NCBI GenBank assembly: GCA_012295275.1
Contig: CM022673.1
Coordinates: forward strand, 10,602,001-10,666,000
DNA: 64,000 nt
Reading direction: 5' to 3'
DNA from: Chrysomallon squamiferum
Lineage: Eukaryota > Animalia > Mollusca
Both the position numbers and the translations under genes were made by a program. Each line of letters starts with the position of its first letter. The stretch's first letter is position 1. A model generated the notes under the pieces. It had not been told where the DNA came from and made no database searches. It was given only the letters and a program-made list of their open reading frames with translations. Shown here one piece after another: positions 52,961 through 64,000 of the stretch.

Positions 52961-53383
52961 TTGTTGATCGTCAATTTCACGGGCCTAATCGTGAAAAAAT
53001 CACACAATTTGAACGTATCGCCATTTCCCAATTGAAACCCTATCTCTTATGTTATTCCCCATTATAGTGTCACTGCAACCTGTCCTTCGAGGTAAGAGTA
53101 AATATTACAGTTGCACCCACAACCATCATAATTTTAAAAAACTTCACCGAATCTAGCCTACATTTTTCTTATGTATACTGTTTATATCAGTATATTGTTC
53201 TTACATTATTATTTTACATATTATTTAGCTGTTACATGTACTAAAGTTTAATGTTTCGCTAAATTTTAAAGTTAATGTTCATATTCGCAATTTCCCAAAC
53301 TTTTGCAACTTCGGGATCGGTGCTTCCCCCGCTATTACTCTGTTAAATCGAGAATCAGCAGTACATACATACATGTACACAAA

Positions 53384-54088
53384 CATGGGTTTGAAGATTA
53401 CCTATAATATCAATACCGGTAAATTACCGACAGATATTCTCAATACCGGTTTTCACCGGTTTTAGTTAGTTTGTGCATAGGAAAAGGTACTTACAAGGCT
53501 TTTGTGGACACTGTTTTCTCTTATATATACTTATTTTATTATTATTTGACATTCATCTGACAACATTATTCATTATCCTCCTTTTCCTACCTGTCTTCAG
53601 AAAAAATAGTAAAATCAACCTTTATGGAACTTAAAATCGGTACAAAGGTATATAAGAAATGTACATACAATAAAAAACCAAGAAGATAATGCGAATTTTA
53701 TAAAAAGGAAACAAGGAAAATGTACATCACATGTTTTGCAACTTTTGAGAAGTTCTGATTCATTCCTCGATACTCGAGAAGTATGACTTTAAAAAACACA
53801 AAACATCTAGTGTCTTGGGCGACAACCGAGAATGACTTAGGATGGCACACATGTCAGCAATCAAACAGGTAAACGTGGAACATTAAACAGACGAGCATCA
53901 AACTCGCAACTGAAGGCATACTAGCAACAACCGAGTAACTAACATAACATTATATTAACAACTAACATATCTCTCAATATAACGCGTCAAAATTTAGAAA
54001 ACCGGCATTGGTGCTTCGGTAACGGTATTACCCATCAATTACTAAAACCGGTATTTACCTGTATTTAAATACCGGGTTTCGAACCCTA
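53384..54088. mobile_element. Non-autonomous DNA transposon (hAT-like architecture), about 700 bp
   Basis: Imperfect TIRs (TGGGTTTGAA ... TTCGAACCCTA) with clusters of subterminal (T)ACCG/ACCGGT motifs at both ends (53414-53461 and 54000-54078). No clear TSD and no transposase. Confidence 0.6.
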
Positions 54089-54390
54089 ATATATACACAC
54101 ACGTTTAAGCACTCTCACAGACATACATAAATATATTAGAACAAACAATTAAGACGTACACATATTCACATACATGTATACATATAAGCTTGCATGCATC
54201 ATATATAACTATATACATACACACATGCACAGAGATATATTATAACAAATAATTTGGAATATCAGTGAAGGTTTACTGGAAATGCATGTGCAGTGCAAAC
54301 ACATTATTTTTATTGCCACCGTATCCAAGGTACAATGCACTTGTCAGTTATAAAACCAACAAACTAAACATTATTAATTTCGTATTTTAT

Positions 54391-54458
54391 TAACTTGAGG
54401 GTATTACCTTTAACACGACTTTTGTAACTTGAGGGTGTCACGTTTAACACGATGTTTG
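54391..54458. repeat. 34-bp direct tandem repeat, 2 copies
   Basis: TAACTTGAGGGT...TTTAACACGA..TTTG at 54391 and 54425. Confidence 0.85.
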
Positions 54459-54659
54459 TTTGCGTAAGATTAAAAATAGATGTGGCAAAATTATATCTCA
54501 GACATATTTATTATCTTAACGTGTTGATGGGTCACAGGCGCATTATTAGATTTCTTCCTTTATATGTAGTCAATATTTTTCCTATCAAATGACAGCTTTA
54601 CTGGCATCAACTTTAAGTATGTCCACCTATAAATAGTACCCATTCAACCTTTGACCTGT

Positions 54660-54717
54660 CCAATCATTTCCTGTGCACATGACGTTATATAATTGTCAAT
54701 GACGTAAAACCATTGTT
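54660..54717 (+). promoter_or_regulatory. Putative promoter of exon A2: CCAAT, two CRE half-sites, Sox-like sites
   Basis: CCAAT 54660-54664, TGACGT 54680-54685, ATTGTC 54692-54697, TGACGT 54700-54705, ATTGTT 54712-54717; ATG at 54774. Confidence 0.6.
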
Positions 54718-54773
54718 GGACCGCGTCTTCGAAGAATGGCGTGTTAGAACGCCTGATAACAAAAACATTGTGA

Positions 54774-56018
54774 ATGGGTCGAACAGAAAAAAACGCTTCT
54801 TCCAAAAACCCAACAACTCAAAATTCCAACTCACCAGCTGAGGTGGTTGTTAACAAAATGAGTGCGCATAGACTGCATAAACTGCTAACGTCTAAAATAT
54901 ATCGTGGGCTTTGCACCGAGGTAGTTCTGGAATCGCCATGCTTTCAGTTGGGTCCCACGGGAGAAATTATTCGTCACGTTCATATTGGCGTGACGAAGAG
55001 AGAATTTATTATAGCACACCAAACTATTCGCGATGTTAGGGAGTATCCTGAGTTAATGAGTAACCCCAACGTAGATTTGGACTTGGAAGGATTTGAATTA
55101 CTATGCTGCGTACCACTAGCCATGACACATTTCTCATTATGGGATGATCGATCATGTAGGATTGCTATATGCACGGACATGGGCAGTTCATACTATTTTG
55201 AAATGTGTAATGTGATCGACGGATCTGATGACCGCTGGGCTGCATGGAGAGAGTACATATCAAAGAAAGGCGATAACTTTTCTGACTTTGGCTATAAATC
55301 GTGGCAGATATATCAGAGCGATTCCGACAAGACACGACGTGTAGATTATTCCAACGTCAAGTTTCTAAAGAGGCCGGCAGCTCTCTGTTTGGTGGAATCA
55401 GTTGGCACACAGGCATGCGAGGATTTTGACTACTTCCAAGAAAATCAGAAATTTTCGTTACATTACGATCATTTACACTTACATGAAGCGATGCTGAAAG
55501 CTCTCGAGGGCTCCTCGTTATGGGATATGACGTCAGCGCTGTACACGTCTATTCCAGATCTGCAGTTTATTGGCAAGTCGCGTCAAGTGATTCAAGTAGC
55601 TTCTGATTTATCACTAACTGAAAGCAAGGACGAACAAAAAATAAGAAAACACAGCACAAAAGGCAGCAAATCTGAAAATGATTTAGTAGTACGGCACAAA
55701 ACATCAGGGAAGCCAATAGAATGCTGGAAAAATCGTATATTTTACCTGCTCCTACAAATTGACTCTGAGAACGCCTCTACACAAGTATCCGTTTTATTTC
55801 CTGACTGGAATATGTCTGAACAGAGTCTGAGGGAATATACCAAGGTAAAATAAAATAATATAAATAGAGTCGTAAACATTTAAGTAGGAAATACTTAAGT
55901 TAAAAAAAAAAAAAATAATAATAAAACAAAATAAAACAAATTAAATGGAAACTTGCATATCGATTCGTTGCTAATTTCCCTACTAAATATGCTTTTTGTA
56001 GGCTTAACAAAGGATAAG

Positions 56019-56052
<34 letters not shown>

Positions 56053-56502
56053 AGAAAGAAAAGAAAAAGAAAAACGTATTGAAATTCGGCCAAGTAGAAG
56101 ATGTTCCCCGCTTCATCTCGGTTATATTGAAACCAAGAAAAACCATGTCATCGTTGAATTCGCCCAGATTACTACCTTAGCAGCTAGCCAACAACACGTT
56201 TTGATAAAATAAACGAATCATTTGTCACAAGAGAAAGTATGCGTTCGCAAATCACTTCTCTGTGGCGCACCAGCTACATGTCGACAGTTTATCATCACAT
56301 CCTTCTCACATAATTACAGCACAAAAAATATAAACACACACATATACAGACTGACCATTAATTTTTTTTTCAAAGTCAATAAAACTGAAGTTTGACTTCT
56401 CCAACGCCCGCGTAGCAGCAGTTGATAAATAAAATAACAACGTGTCATCAGTATTAGAAGCGGTCAGTTTCAAAACAAAGTTGGACGAAAATAAATTAAT
56501 AG

Positions 56503-56533
<31 letters not shown>

Positions 56534-56987
56534 AAAGAAAACAAATAAATACAAATATAATTTAAATTGAAAACAAGTTTTAAAAAAATTAATAAGAAAT
56601 AAAAGAACAGAACAATAAAAAAAAAAAAAAAAAAGATGAAGAAGAAGAAAAACCCGTTAATTCAACACGAAATCCTTGATTCATAGTTCTGAAACGTTTA
56701 TTAAAATTTTCGTTTCTACCGTTGCTGCTGCTACTACTACAACCACTGCTATTTATTTGTTAGAGGTACATACAGATTTAGGCTTATTTAAATATATCTA
56801 ACATTATACAGCCAAAGATATATATTTCTTTCATTTGCTAGTTTTTAAAATTCAAATATATGCATTTTATTTCTTTCGTTTTTCTTCATTTATTTGTTTA
56901 TTTTTCTATTTCAGATATGGCAGGCGCGGTCAAAACGCCAGTTAAATAAAGCACCCTTAAGGTAATTTAAACAAATTAAGGAATATA

Positions 56988-57063
<76 letters not shown>

Positions 57064-57333
57064 ACTGACAAAATGTTACTACTAATAAGCTTGCTGGGTT
57101 TAATAGATAACGAATTTATTATTATCAAAAAATCCATTAATTTGAAAAGAACAATATAAACACATACGTATTTTTAACCTTTTTCGTCCTCATGGGGACC
57201 ATCGTCTTATAAATAGTGCATGAATTATTCCCCTTGTATTGATTTTGACGTAAGGGGCCAGAATTAGCAGCATTGAAAAGTTAATTTACTTAGATAATTG
57301 GTTAAATCATACATACTGGTTTATATTAGGCCT

Positions 57334-57368
<35 letters not shown>

Positions 57369-58649
57369 AAAAAAAAAAAAATATATATATACGGGTAAAC
57401 AAATCCATGCAGTTGTGAACTACCCTTCAATGTTTAATACCAATCACAGTTTTTCAGATTTACCTATAATAGGTTTTCTGGATACCGCAACAATAGGGGG
57501 AGAACAAAAAAAAAAAAAAATAAAAATAAAAAATAGAAATAGAAAAATATAAAAATAAACAAAACAAACAAATAATAATGATGATAATAATATAAATAAA
57601 TAAATAATTAAATAAATAAATAATAGAAAATAAATAATAATCAGTGAATGTCCAAACTTGGAATACTATAAAATAGTATGGGGTTATTGATAAAGGATTA
57701 TTGATTAATCAGTTTAAGAATTGCATTAAGATTGAATATATGTCAACACAAAAAAAAAACCCCAAAAACAACAACTAATAATTAAAAAAAAAACTAGAAA
57801 GAAATTGTATGTATGTATTTGTTTATACATATATTTAATTATTATTTTTTTTTTTTTAAATTGTTTTACATAGTTTCCAACCAGTAGAAAGTTTGTCTTT
57901 GGATGATATTCATCCTATAATAGACATACTGGATGACAGTGGTCATGCGAAAAGTAAGTAGTCTCTCTCCCTATCTCTCTGTCTCTTTGTCTCTGTGTCT
58001 TCTTTCTCTAATACATTTTTCAAGTTAAATTATAAACAGATTCAGTTATTTATATTTAGCTCTGATCTCTGTATCAAAATTATTTAATAATGTAATTAAA
58101 AAAAAAAAAAAATTGGAAAATTGTAAATATTATATGCTAAATAGATAGACAGACATACATATTGATAAAACAAAACATGGATGCATTTAAAAAAACCCAA
58201 CTAACAACATCATCATTAAATATAAACTATATACATTAATTTTCTATGTAAAATATTACAAAATTTTAAATATGTTTTACAGCATATCCAAGAACTCGCC
58301 ATCGAAGACGTCATGTTTCAAAGAGAGGTCTCTCTACTCGAGTGCTGGGAGTTTTCAAAACTCGATCAGCAAGAAGGTACTTATTTATCTTTTCTTTTCT
58401 CCAGTTAACCATTTCAAAGATTTTAAATATACTTACATATAGAACCATTGTTGTTGTTGTTACAGAGAGAAAAATTGTTTTCAGGTTTTTATTTATCCTA
58501 GGATGGGGTGTTCTGTTTATGTAAGCTTATGTGCTTGTGAGAAATATATAAAAACAGAGATATCCAGAACATTAATTTTGGAAACCAGCCATTTTAATGT
58601 TATGTTATTGGTTGACAACCTGCTTGCCAATATTTGAAAAGCCTAGAAA

Positions 58650-58683
<34 letters not shown>

Positions 58684-59142
58684 AAGGTGATGGAGGGTAT
58701 CAAGCATAACTTATGTAAATAATTATTACAGGAAAATATATATAGATTTTGTTACAATTTTATTTTGAATGTTTATCTTACAAATACATTATTTTGACTT
58801 TTAATTTGGTTTGTGGCTGAACATTTTGTTAAGAGATGGTTCAGATATGATATTTAGGTAGTAAATGAAATAAGAAGGGATAATAATTATGCCATTATTT
58901 ATGTCAGTGATGACGATGATTATGATGGTAACAATATTGAAAAAAATATCCAATACCCCACCTCAGTATAAGTTAGTATGCTTTAGGAGAGTTAACTGTC
59001 TTAAAGACATCCCACAATAATATGACATAAATCTGAAATTCAAACTTTGTCACTGAAATAAAATAAAAATTATGTTCCAGCCCTTAATATTTCTGAGATG
59101 TTTTATTATTAATCTTATTACTGATATTGTTATTGTTATATG

Positions 59143-59181
<39 letters not shown>

Positions 59182-59237
59182 GTTGTTATTGTTGTTGTTA
59201 TTGTTGCTGTTATTGTTACTGTTGTTATTATTATTAC

Positions 59238-59286
<49 letters not shown>

Positions 59287-59475
59287 GTCAGTGTTTGTTG
59301 TAGATGTTGTCATAGTACTTATTTTAAATTTATTTTTGCAGGTTAAATCCACAATTAGAAGATTTTCCAACTAATCAGATTGCAAATGAACTCACATTGA
59401 TGGCCTCTGACGTGTTGCTGGTTGTCACAGAGGAGGATGTAATGGCTTACCAGTGTGGCACTCATTTGGTATTTA

Positions 59476-59526
<51 letters not shown>

Positions 59527-62442
59527 TTTTTGTTAATATAGTAGTAGTATAATAGTAATAATAGTAATGATAAGAATACTAATAATGCTTATAATGATAA
59601 TAATAACAATTGCAGTGATAGTGATAGTAATAATAGTAAAAATAATAATAAATAAAATAGGAATAATAATAGTAATAGTTATAATAATGATAGCAATAAT
59701 AATAATAATAATCATAATCATACTACTACAACCACTACTACTAATAATAATATCACTACTAGTGCAACTACTTTGTTACCTTCTCATCATAAAAATATAT
59801 ATATATATATATCTGTTAGATGTCAAACAGTAATAATAATAACAATAATAATAATAATAATGATAATAATAATAAGTAGAGTATTAATAATAATGGTAAT
59901 TAAAAATTAATAATAATAAAAAGTAAAGATAAAAAGTAAACTAAATATGAAATATAAATAAGTTTGGGTTATTAAATTTGGTCAATTGTTTCAGAATGAT
60001 CTATACAGATTGAAGGGTCTTACAAACTATTCAGAAAATGTTGTCAGGTTTGTTGTCAATGAAGTTCTCTCAGGAGAAAATCCCAAAGATCAAGCCAGAA
60101 TTATTCGATACTGTTTAAAAGTTAGTATGTTTTTAATTTCTCTCTTTTTCTTTTCTTTTTTATCTAATGGGTGTGGCTGAGAAACAAAATAAAAAATATT
60201 TAGTTTGGATGAAATATAAAAGATTTTTAACTTTGTCTCGAATGAGAAAATCTTTGACAAAATTATAACTGCTGTATCAGTTAGTTTTTCTTAATCTGCA
60301 TGTAAAATATTATGTTAAAAGAAAATAAGAAAAAAGGCAACCATTATGAATCTTAATGTACTGACTTTCAGCACTATATTATAGATTTTCAAGAAATCGA
60401 GACAACAACGAGAAACAAGATCAAAATATATTCAACCATTTTGTTGTATAAATTGGAATTTTTTATTTTTCCAGGTTGGAGAACATTGCCAGAATTTACA
60501 AAATCTTCTCACACTGGCTTGCATTCTGAAGAGTTTGTATTCAGTAGCAGTCTCCAGACTCACAGAGACATGGAATGTTTTCAGACAGGAGTACATAGAT
60601 GCTTACAGGTTAGAATGAGAAAAACACTGATAAACATGCATTATGTATCTTTCAAACTGATAAAATATAGATGTGTTGATGTGCATATATATTGCTGGAT
60701 CAGTTCTCCTTAGAACATCCACTGTGCTTTTTTCTCATTGCACCCAGCACCCATAATGTGTTTATCAAAGACTATGGGATGGTCTCTTAGATAATCAATA
60801 AGGGTAACTCATTGAGTTGAAGAAGGTTTTCACTGTTGTACCATTATTAATAAACAGTAGTTATATATTACACATAGAAATTATTAACTATAAGATCTGT
60901 CATTAAACAAAAATTAGGTTATACCTTTCTAAATGCCATCTCTGTCAAAGCAGAATATCTTTTTAGTGTTTTTTTATGTTTATTTTTCATTTAAAGAACC
61001 ATGTTTTCATGTTTTTCAGGAAATTTAAAGAAATGACACAGATATTCAGTCCACAAAATCACTTTAAAGACTATGCTGAAGTATATGCTGTTATTTGTGA
61101 ATCTGATTTGCCATACTTGCCATGGTTTGACCATTTCCTTTGGCATTCGTATTACGTTTTTTCAAAGAACGTTGCTACAGATGTTGACAAAACTCAGACC
61201 CTTACCAAACAATATCTGGCTGATACACGGTCCCTGAAGCGGGGGAAGATGTCCACCTTCAGCAGATTGATATGCTGTATTTCTGATGCTGATTCCGAAG
61301 TGGACCTCAAGATGCCCTTGTCGTCAGTGACTAAGATGGAAAATATCGAGTCAAACAGCAAAAAGAACAATAAGTCCTTCTCAAAGAAAGTTACTTGCTG
61401 TGTCAACAGGATCCCAAGTGAGGTAATTCTCTCTGTGAACAGTTCCGAGACAGTGACGGCATCTTCAGAAATCAAACTGTTTGTAAGTCCAGACAAGCAC
61501 GTTTCAGAGATAAACATAGCAGCCATTTTGTCCGATGATGAAATATCTAGCTTAAACATGAACAGTGAAGGATGCAAGAAAGTTCAAAATTCCTCTCGCA
61601 AACGTTTCTCCAAATCGGAATCTAACATTGATTACAGATGTAAAAAGGAAAACAACCAGTCCTTGAACTCGGTGCAGTGGTCTGAATTCCAGGATGTGGC
61701 GTTGGACGATTCTGATGAAGAAGTAGACAACATCTGTCTGCAGTCTGTGAATGGTAACAACGCACAGACTCGGGATCTGGACACTAGTAAAGTGAGATTA
61801 AACACTCGACGTCTTGAAGAGAAGGAAGTTGATAAAAATCAGGTGGTTACAAAAGCGTACGACAACCCACCTCAAGATGTCACACCAAAACAGGATGCTC
61901 CGTCCTCCAACACGTCTCACAGATTCAAAATAATGAGGAAACCAATAATCAGGCTGGAGGAGAAGTCACCAGAAGTACCAGTGAATGAAATCACTAAAAA
62001 CACGGTCTCGCTAGTAACATCAAAAAGCAGTCCAACTATGACTGGGCGAAATATAAATGATAAAAAAGAAAGACCAAGGAAGCCATGCTCAACTGAACTT
62101 TCTAGCCTAGCACATCTCGAAGGAGACAATGCACAGGAAGGGACACAGGGAGCTGGGGAAGAAAATCCAGAAATTCTTGAGCTTAAACCTGAGGTGATGA
62201 CCCCCAGTTCAATCAAGTGTAATGTGTGTTGTAGAGAAATGTGTATGTATGGAGCAACTGCTATTGGTGAGTTGTTGCAGATGCAACTTGCAGCATTGAA
62301 GTATGCCATGAAATCAAACACCACTGCAAGAGCCTACATCACCAGACCCATTCCAAACAGCTACCAGCTGTTACAGATGTCTCTAAGGCAAAAGCCACCA
62401 CCAAAGAATGATTTTAAAAAAAAGTCAAGAAGTGAAAAATAA
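54774..62442 (+). CDS. GARIN/FAM71-like domain + divergent RasGEF (CDC25-like) domain fusion protein, about 1033 aa
   Basis: In-frame GT-AG exons 54774-55844, 56915-56961, 57874-57953, 58283-58376, 59342-59468, 59995-60120, 60475-60608, 61020-62442. CDC25 signatures: QIANELTLM, VVRFVVNEVL......QARII...LKVGEHCQNLQNLLTLACILKSL....VSRLTETW, FSPQNHFKDY......LPYLPW, and C-terminal IGELLQMQ.....Y........YI.......LLQMSLRQKP. The first exon carries the GARIN-like domain. Confidence 0.8.
59125..59900. repeat. (AAT)n/(ATT)n/(GTT)n low-complexity tracts flanking exon 59342-59468
   Basis: Trinucleotide runs at about 59140-59286 and 59477-59900. They produce the poly-I/L/N ORFs. Confidence 0.9.
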
Positions 62443-64000
62443 CTTTTTTTTTTACATGATATTAATTTACTTTCAATTTCTCAGGGATGCTTTTTTGGAT
62501 TTTGAACATTTTACCATTAGAATCAAACAGTTAACATCTAGAGAGTTTTAGATAAAAATTACTCAGTGTGATTTCAGATTTCTTCTATATAAAAAGAATT
62601 TTGAAATAATGGTGGTATCGTCTTCAAAACTGGTGTTTCTGAGGTTTGAAATTTAGAAATTTTGCATTTTTTTTAATTTCTAAAAAAAAATTTTATTCTT
62701 ATGAAAAAATCTGACATTCTTTGTTTTGAGTTTAGAAAATAGTTTTCTTTTTTCTAATATTCACATATGTATATCATTTCATGTTTTAATATACATATTA
62801 GTAAATTATTTTGTCAAGTTTCATTATATTAAAAATAATTCAAATAAATAATTAAGATTTATTACTTTTGGTGGAAATATTTTCAATGTTGGAGTTTTAT
62901 ATGTACTGTACAGGAATTTTCATATATTGTACTGTTTTTTGTACATTGGAAATTTTTTTTTTAAATGCATATTTATTGTTTAATTTTTTTTATGTGTACT
63001 GAAGTGGATCTTTCATATTCAAGATATAATCATGTTTTGGAGAAATTTGGGAAAGGTTTTGTTTATATTGTTTGGCTCAATTTATATTTTTGATCATGAG
63101 TTTTAAAAAAAAAAAATTGTAGTTTAATATTGCTTGTTGTTTATCTTTGGATTTGAGAATTTTTGTTATTTTATTTTTGTGAATGTGTTAAAAAGAGTGC
63201 ATTTAAGCAAATGGTTTGACAAGTAGCTTCTTAAGAAGAAACATAACAGTGAAAATGGCAAAATTAGTTTTTTTTGTTTTTTGTGATTTTTTTCCAGCAA
63301 AAGGACACAATCTGGATAAAAGATTTGATAGGATTTTTTTGGTTATCAAATCACTGCATTTAGATTTTTCCTTTTATTATTTGTGCATATTTATTTTTAT
63401 ATAAATTTTCTCCACTACCTTTTGTATTTTTTCTTTAATTTTTTATAATTATTTTCCATTTTTATTTCAATATTTATCATAATTTTAATTTTTGGTTTGT
63501 TTTTGAACCTTTATTGTTTCATTTTTTATTTTTCAATCTGATTTTAAAAGCTTTGTTTTCGTTTTTAAAATTTTTATTTAAATTTGTTTGTAAAATTTAA
63601 AAATTACAGCCTTTTGTTATTAATTGTGCAAAATAACACACCTTAAGATAAGGTATAGTTTCTAATTGATGAGGAATAACTTTAGTTATATAATACTAAA
63701 TGGTATTTACTGGTTAAATAGGAATGACACTCAAGATAATATATGTTAGGTGTACCAGTGGAAGTCTATATACTTGTATATACATCATAAACTTTTTTCA
63801 TTGCAAATTTAAAAAAACTTAGAAAAAAAATAAAATAAATAAAAAAAAAAAAATAAATTAAAATTTTCTTTAAAAAAAACATTTTTTATTTACTTCATAT
63901 TGTTTTTATTTTATTTATAGATCTGCTAGAGTAGGAAAAGTAAATAAAAAAATAATAAAAATATATAAAAATAATAATAAAAATAATTTATGTTCTTTCT

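Noticed and set aside
52434-52967. 177-aa His/Thr/Tyr-rich ORF
   Set aside because: Translation of (CATA)n repeats.
59050-59833. Poly-I/L/N ORFs
   Set aside because: Trinucleotide microsatellites.
61194-62324. Two minus-strand ORFs (127 and 135 aa)
   Set aside because: Antisense shadows of the large terminal RasGEF exon.

Overview
AT-rich, microsatellite-dense eukaryotic (animal) genomic DNA with GT-AG introns. An invertebrate, probably molluscan, origin is inferred from gene content and repeats and is not proven. Most short ORFs in the supplied track are low-complexity artefacts. Manual splicing gives five protein-coding units: (1) the 5' part of a sperm-type Na+/H+ exchanger, SLC9C1-like (minus, 8 exons, 6331 to 289, continuing off the left edge); (2) a complete harmonin/USH1C gene (plus, about 651 aa, NTD + 3 PDZ, ending -ETFF) with at least two alternative 36-nt first coding exons; (3) a STRA8-like bHLH gene (minus, about 598 aa); (4) a small GARIN/FAM71-like gene (minus, 49817 to 49094/49209); (5) a locus where two paralogous ~1.1-kb GARIN/FAM71-like exons (50553-51698 and 54774-55844) both end at a homologous phase-0 donor ahead of one shared set of exons encoding a divergent RasGEF (CDC25-like) domain split by a long insertion. 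The most striking candidate system is this variable-first-exon GARIN-RasGEF fusion. It sits in an apparent male-germline gene neighbourhood where three upstream regions share a TGACGT-ATTGT-TGACGT (CRE/Sox-like) module. All family assignments come from recalled motif similarity; no database search was run.
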